A stretch of DNA of 64,000 bases from an uncultured Acidobacteriota bacterium (lineage in GTDB: Bacteria > Acidobacteriota > Vicinamibacteria > Vicinamibacterales > Fen-181), in contig CAVZMW010000006.1 in assembly GCA_963776495.1 (NCBI GenBank), positions 1,045,629-1,109,628 on the forward strand. The letters are read 5' to 3'. The notes under the pieces were generated by a model. It was not told the DNA's origin. It worked only from the letters and a program-made list of their open reading frames with translations, and made no database searches. Numbering within the stretch: position 1 is the first letter of the stretch; each line of letters opens with the position of its first letter. The position numbers and the translations under genes are program-made. Shown in pieces: positions 10,201-19,981 of this stretch.

Positions 10201-10265
10201 ACCCAGAACAGGGCGAGGCACGAGGCGGTGGCCACGAGCAAGCGGATACGCAATCGTGGAGTCAT
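7260..10265 (-). CDS. Secreted BNR/Asp-box repeat, sortilin (VPS10)-like glycosyl-hydrolase-like protein
   Basis: About 1000 aa with signal peptide (LLVATASCLALFWVGTAAQA). Multiple Asp-box motifs (S.DGG.TW / S.D.G.TW) and a Gly/Pro low-complexity linker. ATG at 10265 is preferred over the TTG at 10292. Confidence 0.8.
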   Translation of the reverse strand: MTPRLRIRLLVATASCLALFWVGTAAQAPQRPTQAPPTAQAAAPAQAAPAARPVINQSDDPLLKAFRFRSIGPASMGGRIDDFAVVESDPSTIYIGFATGGVWKTTNNGTTWTPIFDTYPVCSIGALAVDQRNPDILWVGTGEANNRQSSSFGDGIYKSVDGGKTFAHMGLEDSQSIARIVIDPKDSNIVYVAVLGHLFGPNPERGVYKTVDGGKTWTAVKVIDADTGFTDIVIDPFDSKTLYAASYQRRRVPWGFNGGGPGSGVWKSADAGKSWTRIAGNGFPEGMLGRIGLSAARSKAGVLYAQIEVGASPGTGANVGPDGKEAVAGARGGGGGGGGGGQRGAAAGQPPPPPDPKKSGVWRSDDRGKTWKLMSNNNDRPMYYSQIRVDPTNDQIVYTCGAPFHKSVDGGKTFKVVQGIAHTDHHALWIDPKNPKHIIIGNDGGLDVSYDQADTWEFVNTVPVGQFYAISADMRKPYYVYGGLQDNGTWGGPSATRSSEGITNAEWFRVGGGDGFYTQADPTDWSTIYVESQDGAVQRVDLRGGRPTSIKPRAAAAARPPQGQRGQAGGAATAGQAPAVAPAGPATAAFAMAQRGNILPAPPEGTQYRFFWNTPILLSPFNPRTVYIGANELFRSYDRGDTYLGSPDLTKNISRFVRPIMGVPGDAPMASKHDGAGAFSSIVTISESAAMPGVIWVGTNDGNVQVSRDGGQTWKNVVDNVPGVPKETHVSRVEASHFDAATCYVSFDGHRTDDMKPYVFVTRDYGQTWKALASNLPAVGNVNVIKEDPKSKNLLYLGTEYGFYVSLNGGAEWKRFMNGMPTVRIDDVMVHPRDNDLIVATHGRSIYILDDITALQDLSDEVMKEDAHLFDVRPGTEWKTDITLSRSIGGAKNFAGENPAPGVAISYYLKAAAAGDVKLTISDYSGKVIRTFEAPKTAGLNRVQWDFRLTPVAGGQGRGGGGGRGGFGGQVVEPGAYLATLSVGGKTYATKVEVLEDEFGQ

Positions 10266-10507
10266 CGATTGGCCCTTTCGGTAGAGAGACAACGCTCGGT
10301 TGGCAACTGATATTAGGCGGCATCATACCGCAAGGCCTGGCGACGCGCGCTCCCAGTTCCTCGAGCGCGCACCGGCGGTTGATGGCGCCGTCCACCGCCG
10401 GAAATCCGGCAGCGATCGTGCGCCGCGGGCCGGTCCAGCCAGCCCGGCCGGCGGCGATCCGCTGAATTGGGCTGGATTATCCACGGATTCTCGCGCGGGC
10501 CGGTCGC

Positions 10508-10523
10508 TGGCAACGTGATTGCT
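10508..10523 (+). promoter_or_regulatory. Candidate sigma-54 (-24/-12) promoter
   Basis: TGGCAA-cgtga-TTGCT matches TGGCAC-N5-TTGCW with exact spacing. Lies 109 nt upstream of the cytochrome c start. Confidence 0.45.
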
Positions 10524-10631
10524 TGCAAGTGCTGTCGGACTTCATTACATTCTCGGCATCCAGCTGGACCAGCCGTCCCGTGACCATCCGGACGCCCGGT
10601 CGTCTTCCGGGCGTCGGTGGAGGAATTCTCG

Positions 10632-11093
10632 ATGAGCGGTGCGCTCAAGAACAAGGGGCACCTCGCCCGCATGGCGGGGCTGTTCGTCGTCGGCATCGTG
10701 GCGTTCCTGGTCCTCAGGTGGTGGATGGTGCCGGCCAGTTTCGGCACCTACGGCCATTACCGGGCCGCGGCGCTCGACGACATCCGCGCGCGGCCGATGC
10801 ACTACGCCGGGCGCGCCGCCTGCGAGGACTGCCACGCCGACATCGTCGCCCAGCGCAAGGGAAGCCGGCACGAGCGGATCGGCTGCGAGGCCTGCCACGG
10901 GCCGCTGCTGGCGCACGTGGAGGCCGGCGGCGAGAAGAAGCCGGCGCTGCCCGATACCCGCGTGCTGTGTCCGCGGTGCCATGCCGCCAGCCCGTGGAAG
11001 CCGAAGGGGTTCCCGCAGGTCGTGGTGGCCGAGCACAGCCCCGAGGGACCCTGCACCGCGTGCCACAAGGCGCACGCGCCGAAGATCTCCTGA
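10632..11093 (+). CDS. Membrane-anchored tetraheme cytochrome c
   Basis: Four CxxCH motifs (CEDCH, CEACH, CPRCH, CTACH) and an N-terminal TM helix (LFVVGIVAFLVLRWWMV). ATG 10632 is preceded by ggtggagga. Confidence 0.85.
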   Translation: MSGALKNKGHLARMAGLFVVGIVAFLVLRWWMVPASFGTYGHYRAAALDDIRARPMHYAGRAACEDCHADIVAQRKGSRHERIGCEACHGPLLAHVEAGGEKKPALPDTRVLCPRCHAASPWKPKGFPQVVVAEHSPEGPCTACHKAHAPKIS

Positions 11094-11106
11094 GCCCGGA
11101 GCAGCC

Positions 11107-11877
11107 ATGAATCCCGACCGACGGAAGTTCCTGTTCGACACCGGCAAGCTCCTCGTCCTCACGGCCTCGGCGTCGGTGGCGTGGGAGGCCATCCTCGCCG
11201 GCACGCCCGAGACGGCGCCCAACTACACGATGACCGACCACTGGTGGGGCATGGTCGTCGACATCGAGCAGTGCATCGGCTGCGGCAACTGCGTGCGCGC
11301 GTGCAAGGCCGAGAACGGCGTGCCCCTCGACCCCCGGTTCTTCCGGACGTGGGTGGAGCGGTACCGCGTGGTGCCGGAGGATCTCGAGCACCCGACCGTG
11401 GATTCGCCGAACGGCGGCTACGACGGGTTCCCCGACAAGGGGGGCGCCGACGCCGATCCGACCGCGAAGCACTTCTTCGTGCCCAAGCTGTGCAACCACT
11501 GCGCGGAGTCGCCGTGCACGCAGGTCTGCCCGGTCGGCGCCACCTTCATGAGCCCCGACGGCGTCGTGCTGATCGACCGGGAATACTGCCTGGGCTGCCG
11601 CTACTGCGTGCAGGCGTGCCCGTACGGCTGCCGGTTCATCGACCCGAGGACCGAGACGGCCGACAAGTGCACGCTGTGCTACCAGCGCATCACCAGGGGA
11701 CTGACGACCGCGTGCTGCGAGACCTGCCCGACCGGCGCGCGTCAGCTCGGCGACCTGAAGAATCCGAAGGACCCGATCCACAGGTTCCTGCGCGAGCACC
11801 ACGTGCTCGTGCTGAAGCCGCAGATGGCGACGGGCGCCAAGATCTACTACAACGGCCTCGACGGCTCGGTGAGGTAG
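11107..11877 (+). CDS. Tat-exported 4Fe-4S ferredoxin-type subunit (NrfC/PsrB/DsrO-like)
   Basis: Twin-arginine signal MNPDRRKFLF. Several Cys clusters (CIGCGNCVRAC, CNHCAESPC, CLGCRYCVQACP, CTLC). ATG at 11107 lies inside the longer track ORF 10639..11877. Confidence 0.85.
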   Translation: MNPDRRKFLFDTGKLLVLTASASVAWEAILAGTPETAPNYTMTDHWWGMVVDIEQCIGCGNCVRACKAENGVPLDPRFFRTWVERYRVVPEDLEHPTVDSPNGGYDGFPDKGGADADPTAKHFFVPKLCNHCAESPCTQVCPVGATFMSPDGVVLIDREYCLGCRYCVQACPYGCRFIDPRTETADKCTLCYQRITRGLTTACCETCPTGARQLGDLKNPKDPIHRFLREHHVLVLKPQMATGAKIYYNGLDGSVR

Positions 11878-11893
11878 GAGGCGGAGGACACCG

Positions 11894-13081
11894 ATGGGAA
11901 GCGTGTTGCCGGCGGTCCAGGGGTTCATGTACCCCAACGAGGTGGAGCTCCAGTGGAGCGTCCTCATCGTGCTCTACCCGTACATCACGGGCCTCGTCGC
12001 GGGCGCGTTCATCCTGGCGTCGCTCGAGCGCGTCTTCAACGTCGAGGCGGTCAAGCCGACCTACCGCCTGGCGCTGCTGACCGCCCTGGCGTTCCTCCTG
12101 GTGGCGCCGCTGCCGCTGCAGCTGCACCTCGGCCACCCGGAGCGGTCGCTCGAGATGTACCTGACGCCGCACACCACGTCGGCGATGGCGATGTTCGGCT
12201 TCGTGTACCTCTGGTACCTGATGGTCGTGCTCGTCCTCGAGATCTGGCTCGACTACCGGAAGGAGATCGTGCTGACCTGGCGCGAGTCGCGCGGCGCGAA
12301 GCGCGCGCTCTACGGGGCGATGGCCCTCTGGTACGACAACATCAGCCCCGAGGCGCTCGCGATCGACGACCGGGTGGGCAAGGCGATCACCGTCATCGGG
12401 ATCCCGTCGGCGTTCATGCTGCACGGCTACGTCGGGTTCATCTTCGGGTCGATCAAGGCGAACCCGTGGTGGTCCACGCCGCTGATGCCGATCGTCTTCC
12501 TGTTCTCGGCCATCGTGTCGGGCATCGCGGCCGTCATGCTCGTCTACATGGTGACGGCCTGGTGGCGCGAGCGCCGGTTCGACATGGCGTGCCTCGACAC
12601 GATCGGGCGGTACCTGTTCTACGCGTTCGTCATCGACTTCTCGCTCGAGATGCTCGACCTCATCCACCGCATCTACGAGGCCGACGAGTCGTTCCGCGCG
12701 CTCGACTTCATGGTGCACACCCAGCTGTGGGTGTCGCAGGTGATCGTGCAGATCCTGGTGGGCACGCTCGTGCCGATCTTCATGCTCGGCGCGGTGCAGC
12801 TGCTCCGGATGAGCGAGACGGTCAGGCGGCGGATCTACGCCGTGGCCGGCACGCTGACGCTCATCGGCATCTTCGCGATGCGCTGGAACGTCGTCATCGG
12901 CGGGCAGCTGTTCTCGAAGAGCTTCCTCGGCTACACGGCGTACAAGATGACGTGGGCGACGCGCGAGGGGCTGCTGCCGGCCATCTTCCTGATGATCCTG
13001 CCGCTCGGGATCCTCTACGTGCTCGTGAAGCTGCTGCCGCCGTGGCGGTCGGGGCGACGCGGCGACGTTTCGGTCATGTAG
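11894..13081 (+). CDS. NrfD/PsrC-family integral membrane quinone-interacting subunit
   Basis: 395 aa polytopic membrane protein. It follows the FeS subunit, matching the classic three-gene cytochrome/FeS/NrfD architecture. Confidence 0.8.
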   Translation: MGSVLPAVQGFMYPNEVELQWSVLIVLYPYITGLVAGAFILASLERVFNVEAVKPTYRLALLTALAFLLVAPLPLQLHLGHPERSLEMYLTPHTTSAMAMFGFVYLWYLMVVLVLEIWLDYRKEIVLTWRESRGAKRALYGAMALWYDNISPEALAIDDRVGKAITVIGIPSAFMLHGYVGFIFGSIKANPWWSTPLMPIVFLFSAIVSGIAAVMLVYMVTAWWRERRFDMACLDTIGRYLFYAFVIDFSLEMLDLIHRIYEADESFRALDFMVHTQLWVSQVIVQILVGTLVPIFMLGAVQLLRMSETVRRRIYAVAGTLTLIGIFAMRWNVVIGGQLFSKSFLGYTAYKMTWATREGLLPAIFLMILPLGILYVLVKLLPPWRSGRRGDVSVM

Positions 13082-13089
13082 TCGCCGCG

Positions 13090-13138
13090 GCGATCGGCCT
13101 TCGGCTATCGACCTTCGGCGATCGGCTCTCGACTTTCG
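13090..13138. repeat. Heptad repeat array, 7 units
   Basis: gcgatcg gccttcg gctatcg accttcg gcgatcg gctctcg actttcg, starting 9 nt after the NrfD stop. Confidence 0.8.
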
Positions 13139-13505
13139 GTCGTGCCACGTGTCCACCGGTGGGGCACGGCTTCACCCCTCGACGACGGTCGCGGTGCCCT
13201 GAGCATGTCGAAGGGCGCCGGCCGGGAAGAACGGCCTGCCCGGTCGGCGTGCCGACGCGAACCATCCGTCCCGACCAGCTCGTCAGTTGGGCGGGCGGCC
13301 AGGGGGCGATTTCTGGGCCGAACGGCCCTCGTATCCCTTTACAATCGAAAGTACCTCAAGAGTGCGAGCCCCCACTCGTGGCCAGAGCGTTGGCTCGGGC
13401 ACGAGCGGGTCGTTTGAGCGCGTCCCGTGTCGGTCAGGGGCGTGCTCCGATCGACCGCGCTGCGGGCTCGTATTCCGCTGGCTTCGCGCCGACAGGCTGA
13501 GCCAT

Positions 13506-16500
13506 GTGAAGACGCGCGTTCCCGCCCTGCTCGTCGCCCTGCTGACGGTGGCCGTCGTCGCGGCCCAACCGCGACGCCCGTCCGGGCTTTCGTCCGGGCC
13601 GGGGCGTTCGCCATCGCCGATGCCCGCCCCGCTGGCGCGCGCCCGTGAGGCAGGACGTCCCTTCATCCGCTTCTATACGCCGAGTGATTACGGCGCGAGG
13701 GAGCAGAACTGGGCCGTCGCGCAGGACGATCGCGGGGTCATGTACGTCGGCAACAACCTCGGTGTGCTCGAATACGACGGGGTGACGTGGCGGCTCATCA
13801 AGGTACCCAACGAATCGGTCGTGCGCTCGCTGGCGAAGGACGCTCATGGCCGCATCTACGTGGGCGCGGTCGGTGAATTCGGCTACCTGCAGCAGGACGC
13901 CTCCGGCCGGACGCATTTCGTCTCGCTGCTCTCGCACGTGCCGGCCGGGAACCGCGCCTTCGGCGACGTCTGGCGCACGCTGCTGACGCCGGAGGGCGTC
14001 TATTTCCAGTCGCAGCAGTACCTGTTTCGCTGGGCGGACGGCGGGGTCCGCGTCTGGAAGCCGCGGACGCGCTTCTACCGGGCCGGCGTCGCGCACGGCG
14101 TGCTCTACATCGGCGAACCCGAGACCGGACTGATGCGGATGGTTGGCGACACGCTGCGGGCGGTCCCCGGCGGCAGGCCGTTCGTCGATGAGGGCTACCC
14201 TGTCATCCTGCCCTACGACGGCGGCAAGGTCCTCGTCGGCACGCACGCCAACGGCCTCTTCCTCCTCGGCGACACCTCGGCAACGCCGTTCCCGACCGAG
14301 ATCGACGAGTGGCTGCGCACGATGAATCTGTATCGCGGAGCCGCTCTGCCGGATGGGACCTACGCGCTCTCGAGCACCAGCGGCGGCATCGCGATCATCG
14401 ATCGGCAGGGGCGGTTGCAGCAGGCCCTCAATGCGTCCACGGGGCTGGAGCAGCAGGCCTACTACGTCACGGCCGACCGGCAGGGCGCGTTGTGGCTGGC
14501 CCTCGACGACGGGATCGCCAGGGTCGAAACGCCTTCGCCCTTCTCCGTCTTCGACCGGACGTCCGGTCTGGTCGGCACGGTGGGGTTCATCCGCCGTCAC
14601 CGCGGCACGCTGTACGCGGCGACGACCAAGGGCGTGTTCTACCTGGCGCCGGCGGGATCCACACTGGGCCCGACCGGCGCGCGGCGGACGACCGCGGGCT
14701 TCGTCCCGGTCGACGGCATCGGGTCGAACGTGCAGTCGTGGTGGCTGCTCACCTTCGACGATCCGTCCGGGCGGACGCCGCCGCAGCTTCTGGCGGCGAC
14801 CAGCGACGGCGTGTACCGCATCGACGGGCACGTGGCGGTCCCCATTCGCCGGTCGGTCGACGGATCGCTTCAGGCCGGAGCCCTGTACGTCTCGAAGACG
14901 AATCCCAGCCGGGTCTTCGTCGGGTTGTTCGATGGCCTCGCGTCGATGCGCTTCGCGGGCGGCAGGTGGGTCTTCGAGGGGAGGATTGCGGGCGTCGGCG
15001 ACGAGATCCGCACGATTGCAGACGCGGGCGACGGCCGGCTGTGGCTGGGGACGGCGGCCAACGGTGTCCTGCGGCTCACCTTCCGCGCGCCCGCAGCCGG
15101 CGATCGAAGCGGCGCCCTGCGGCCGAATCCCCGCGTCGAGCGCTTCGGTGCCGCGAGCGGCCTGCCGCCCACGGGCATCATGGTCTCGACGGCGGCCGGC
15201 AGGCAGTACTTCGCCTCGGAAGAGAGCTTCTACCGCTTCGAGTCTTCGACCAGCCGCTTCGTGCGCGATGACACGTTCAAGCTCGTGAGCGTCAATCCAA
15301 CCGGCTACGGCGGCAATCTCTCGGAGGACGCGCAGGGAAACGTGTGGGTCGGCTTCGGGGGCGAGTGGGCGCTCGAACGGCGACAGCCCGACGGCACCTA
15401 CAAGCTGGAGAAGCAGCCGTTCCTGCGGCTGGCGGGCATCGAGACCGAGGACAACTATGCCGACGCCGACGGCGTCGCCTGGTTCGGTGGCCGCGACGGG
15501 ATCGTCCGCTACGACCCCGCCGTGCACAGGGCTGACGCCGCGAACTTCTCCACGCTGATCCGGCGCATCGTCGTCAGCCGTGTCGGCGCCCCGCCCGTGG
15601 CCGCCGGACCGGGCGGCGTTCCCCGGTTGAAGTACAAGGACGACGCGGTTCGCATCGAGTTCGCCGCGCCGAGCTTCGACGACGATGCCGACAACCGGTT
15701 CCAGGTACTACCTCGAAGGCCTCGAGACGGGGTGGTCCGCGTGGGGACTCGAAACCAGCCGCGACTACACCAACCTGCCGCCGGGCGACTACCGCTTTCG
15801 CGTGCGGGCGCGGAACGTCTACGACCAGGTCGGGCGCGAGGCGGTGTATTCCTTCACGATCCTCCCCCTTGGTACCGCACCTGGACGGCCTACGGGTTCT
15901 ATGTCCTCGCGTTCGCCCTCGGAGTCTTCGGCGTCGACCGCCTGCAGCGGCGGCGGCTCATCAAGCGCGAACGCGACCGCGCGGACCTGCGCGAGGCCCA
16001 ACTGCGCGCCGACTCCGCCGAGGCGCTGGCGCGGGCCGAAGGGGAGCGCACCCGCAACGTCGAGTTGCTGAGCGAGATCGGCAAGGAGATCACCGCGTCG
16101 CTCGACTTCGACACGATCTTCCTCCGGCTCTACGAGTGGGTGAACCAGTTCGCCGACGCCGCCGTGTTCGGCGTCGGCCTCTACGACGAGGGAAGGCAGG
16201 TCATCGACTACCGCCTCGCGATCGAGGACGGAAAGCACTACGCGCCCTACACGCGGGACATGGCCGACAAGGACCAGTTCCCGGTATGGTGCATCGAGCA
16301 CCGCAGGCCGGTGTTCGTCAACGACGTGGCCACCGAGTACCTCGCGGTACCTGTCGCGGCGCGACGACGCCCAGCGCCCGCTCGAGGACGGTTCGATGTC
16401 GCGCGCCCCGGCCTCGCTCATCTGCCTGCCGCTCATGAGCCAGGACCGGGTGATGGGCGTCATTACGGTTCAGAGCTTCAGGCGGCACGCCTACACCGAG

Positions 16501-17913
16501 TACCACCTCAACCTGCTGCAGAACCTGGCGGCCTACACGAGCATCGCGCTCGACAACGCCGGCGCCTACCGGCAGCTGAACGAGCAGGCGCGCGAGATCC
16601 GGCAGCGGGCGGCCGAGCTGGCCACGATCGACAACATCAGCCGCGCCCTCGCCTCCGAGCTGGAGGTCGGCGCGCTGATTCCGCTCGTCGGCGACCAGGT
16701 CCGGCGGGTGTTCGACGCGCAAATCGCCTACGTGGCGATCTACGACAAGGCGACGAGCACGATCTGCTTCCCATACGGGTACGGGGACGAGTTCCCCTCC
16801 CTGCCGCTCGGCGTCGGCATGACGTCGCGGATCATCCAGACGGGCGAGCCGCTGCTCATCAACGAGGACCTCGGCGCGCGCGCCGCGCAGCTGAACATCC
16901 AGCGCACGGGGGCCGCGGCCAAGTCGTACCTCGGGGTGCCCATCCCGGTCGGCACCGAGGTCATCGGCGTGCTCAGCGTCCAGAGCACCGAGGCCGAGGG
17001 GCGGTTCACCGAGGCCGATCTCCGGCTCCTCACGACGATCGCCGCCAACGTCGGCGTGGCGATTCACAACGCGCGGTTGTTCGAGGAGACTCGGACGGCC
17101 AGGGCCGCGGCCGAGGAAGCCGACGCCGCCAAGAGCGCCTTCCTCTCGACCGTCAGCCACGAGCTGCGCACGCCGCTCACCTCGGTCCTCGGCTTTGCGA
17201 AGGTCATCAGGAAGCGGCTCGACGACCGCGTCTTCAAGGCCGTGGCCACCGACGACGCGAGGCTGCGGCAGACGATCCGGCAGATCGGCGAGAACCTGGA
17301 CGTCGTCGTCAGCGAGGGGGAGCGGCTCACCCATCTCATCGACGACGTCCTCGACCTCGCGAAGATCGACGCGGGGAAACTCGAGTGGCACATGGAGAAC
17401 GTCGCGATCGCGGACATCATCGACCGCGCCGCCGCGGTCACCTCGTCGCTGTTCGAGCAGAAGGCGTTCGCGCTCGTCAAGGACGTCGCCCCGGGCCTGC
17501 CCGCCGTCGTCGGCGACGCCGACCGGCTGCTGCAGGTGGTCATCAACCTGATCTCGAACTCGGTGAAGTTCACCGACGCCGGGTCGGTGACCTGCCGCGC
17601 CAGGCTGCGGGAAGACGGAATCGTCGTCAGCGTGATCGACACCGGGTCTGGCATCGCGGCGGCCGATCAGCCGAAGGTGTTCGAGAAGTTCAAGCAGGTG
17701 GGCGACACGCTCACCGACAAGCCGAAGGGCACGGGGCTCGGCCTGCCCATCTGCAAGGAGATCGTCGAGCACCACGGCGGGTGCCTCTGGGTGGAGAGCG
17801 AGCTGGGCAGAGGCAGCACGTTCTCGTTCCTGCTGCCGGCGCAGGCGCAGCCGGCCGCCGGGAAGGGGCCGCCGGCGATCGACCTCGTCGTCCGCCAGCT
17901 CCGCGACCCATAG
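13506..17913 (+). pseudogene. Hybrid-architecture sensor histidine kinase (beta-propeller repeats, Y_Y_Y, TM, GAF, HisKA, HATPase) with three apparent frameshifts
   Basis: GTG 13506 begins the signal peptide VKTRVPALLVALLTVAVVAAQP. The propeller region is in frame 0. The Y_Y_Y segment (YYLEGLETGWSAWG...YRFRVRARN) is in frame 1 between ~15701 and the C5 run at 15864-15868. TM and GAF return to frame 0. From ~16340 the GAF/HisKA (VSHELRTPL)/HATPase part is in frame 1 (track ORF 16396..17913). May be intact if these are sequencing errors. Confidence 0.75.
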
Positions 17914-17953
17914 CCGCGTCGCCGATCGCGCGCGTTTCCCGAGGGAGGGTCGG

Positions 17954-18331
17954 ATGCCCCAGAGAATCCTGATCGTGGACGACGAAGCGCACCTGCGGAT
18001 GCTCATCCGGCAGACGCTGGAGGAACTGGAGGACGAAGGCGTCGAGTTGCTGACGGCGGCCGACGGTGAGGAGGCGCTCGCCGCCATCCAGGCCGGCATG
18101 CCGCAGCTCGTGTTCCTCGACGTGATGATGCCCAAGCTGAGCGGGTTCGACGTGTGCCGCCGCGTGAAGAGAACGCTCGGGCTGAAGGACGTGCACGTCG
18201 TCCTGCTCACGGCGAAGGGCCAGGAGTTCGACAAGCAGAAGGGAGCGGAGGTCGGCGCCGACCAGTACATGACCAAGCCGTTCGACCCGGACGCACTGCT
18301 GGCCAAGGCCAGGTTGGTGCTGGGGCTGTGA
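17954..18331 (+). CDS. Single-domain response regulator (CheY-like receiver)
   Basis: 125 aa with ILIVDDE, phospho-acceptor context FLDVMMP, and TAKG...K-P motif. Confidence 0.9.
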   Translation: MPQRILIVDDEAHLRMLIRQTLEELEDEGVELLTAADGEEALAAIQAGMPQLVFLDVMMPKLSGFDVCRRVKRTLGLKDVHVVLLTAKGQEFDKQKGAEVGADQYMTKPFDPDALLAKARLVLGL

Positions 18332-18338
18332 GGCCGGC

Positions 18339-19946
18339 ATGACGAGAACGACCCTCGGCACGCTGATGCGGAAGCGGCAGGACGTCGCCTCGGTGGTCGG
18401 GTCGCTCGTCCGCGGGATCGACGCCGGGATCGCCATCGAGGATGCCAACGGCCAGCTCCTGCTGGGCGAGCGGAACGGGGGGTCGCGCGTCGCCGTGACG
18501 CTCGACGGCGAGCCGCTCGGGTGGGTGCTCGGCGGGGCCCTGGCGACGGTGGTGGCCGCCCTGCTCGGGCACCTGGCGGCGGCGGAGGCCGAGCGCAGGA
18601 CGCTCGCCAACGAGGTCCTGCACCAGTATCGCGAGATCAACCTGATCTACCGCTTCTCCGAGAAGCTGGCCGCGACGCTGGACGTCGAGAAGGTGGCGTG
18701 GCTGACGCTCGATGAGGCGCGGCACCTGATCGCCGCGACCGACGGCGCGGTCATGGTGATCGACGACGCGGCCGCGCCGCTTCGGCAGGTGGCGGCGTTC
18801 GGTGACGCGTTCGCGACCTCCGCGCTCGACGGCCTGCTGGCCTCGATCGCGGCCGGCGGGCAGGGGGAGATCGTCAACGACGTGCGCGCTGACGGGCTCG
18901 GCGCGGGCGGTGGGCGGCCGGTCGCGTCGATGATCTGCACGCCGCTCAGGGTGAAGGAGCGCGTCGCGGGGCTGATCGCGCTTGCCAGCTCGACGCCGGT
19001 GACCTACGCGGCGGCCGACCTCAAGCTGCTCAACACGCTCGCGCTGCAGGCCGCGTCGGCCGTCGAGAACGCTCAGCTGTTCGCGCGGACCGTGCAGGCG
19101 GCGCGCGACCGCGAACGGCTGGCCGCGCTGCGCAAGGAGCTCGAGGTCGCCAGCCGGATCCAGCGGGCGATGGTGCCGAGCACGTTTCCGACCTTTTCCG
19201 ATCGGGTCGAGTTCGCCGTGCACGCCAGCATGACGCCGGCAAGGGTGGTCGGCGGCGACTTCTACGACTGTTTCCTGCTCGACGGGGACCGCCTGGGCTT
19301 CGTCATCGGCGACGTGTCCGGCAAGGGCATCCCCGCGGCGCTCTTCATGGCGGTCAGCCGGACGCTCATCAAGGCGACCGCCCGCACGGCGGTCTCGCCG
19401 GAGATCTGCATCGAGCGGGTGAACCGAGTGCTGGCCTCGGAGGCGGTGCCGAGCATGTACGTCACGGTGTTCTACGGCGTGCTCGACACGCGCACCGGCC
19501 ACGTGGCGTACTGCAACGCCGGGCACAATCCGCCGTGCGTGCTGCGCGCCGACGGGTCGGTGACGCCGCTCGCCCAGACGGGCGGGACGGTCGTCGGGCT
19601 CTTCGAGCAGACGCCCTACGAGGCCGGCCACCTCGATCTCGCGGCCGGCGATGGACTCTTCGCCTACACGGACGGCGTCACCGAAGCCTCGAATCTCGCG
19701 GAGGAGGAGTTCACGCTCGTCCGCCTGCAGCAGTGCCTGGGGCGGTGCGGCCGGCTCGACCTCGACCAGGTCATCCGCGCCGTCGGCGAGGAGGTCGCGG
19801 CCTTCGTGGGTGACGCGCCCCAGGCCGACGACATCACCATGCTGGCGCTCCGATACCTGGCGCCGCACGGGACGGTGTCCGAGGTGGGCAGGGGCGCGCG
19901 CGGGGCTGGAGACGTCTGGAACGGCTCGTCGACAATCGACACGTGA
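18339..19946 (+). CDS. GAF-domain PP2C-type serine phosphatase (SpoIIE/RsbU family)
   Basis: 535 aa. The C-terminal half carries PP2C/SpoIIE motifs (GGDFYD, GDVSGKG, FYG..D, NAGH, YTDG, DDIT). Confidence 0.85.
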   Translation: MTRTTLGTLMRKRQDVASVVGSLVRGIDAGIAIEDANGQLLLGERNGGSRVAVTLDGEPLGWVLGGALATVVAALLGHLAAAEAERRTLANEVLHQYREINLIYRFSEKLAATLDVEKVAWLTLDEARHLIAATDGAVMVIDDAAAPLRQVAAFGDAFATSALDGLLASIAAGGQGEIVNDVRADGLGAGGGRPVASMICTPLRVKERVAGLIALASSTPVTYAAADLKLLNTLALQAASAVENAQLFARTVQAARDRERLAALRKELEVASRIQRAMVPSTFPTFSDRVEFAVHASMTPARVVGGDFYDCFLLDGDRLGFVIGDVSGKGIPAALFMAVSRTLIKATARTAVSPEICIERVNRVLASEAVPSMYVTVFYGVLDTRTGHVAYCNAGHNPPCVLRADGSVTPLAQTGGTVVGLFEQTPYEAGHLDLAAGDGLFAYTDGVTEASNLAEEEFTLVRLQQCLGRCGRLDLDQVIRAVGEEVAAFVGDAPQADDITMLALRYLAPHGTVSEVGRGARGAGDVWNGSSTIDT

Positions 19947-19981
19947 CCCATTCGCAACGACGGTGGCCGTTCAAGACGTCT
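19910..19981. repeat. 72-bp palindromic (MITE-like) element, copy 1
   Basis: Terminal inverted repeats agacgtctggaacggc / gccgttcaagacgtct. The internal segment gacccattcgcaacgac is the reverse complement of a segment in the copy at 61802-61876. Overlaps the last 12 codons of the phosphatase ORF and the stop of the hydrolase gene. Confidence 0.7.

Noticed and set aside
13287-13505. N-terminal 73 codons of the 1561 aa track ORF
   Set aside because: The translation before GTG 13506 is compositionally noise. A clear signal peptide begins at 13506, and the long single-frame ORF downstream of 16340 is an out-of-frame read-through of the kinase.
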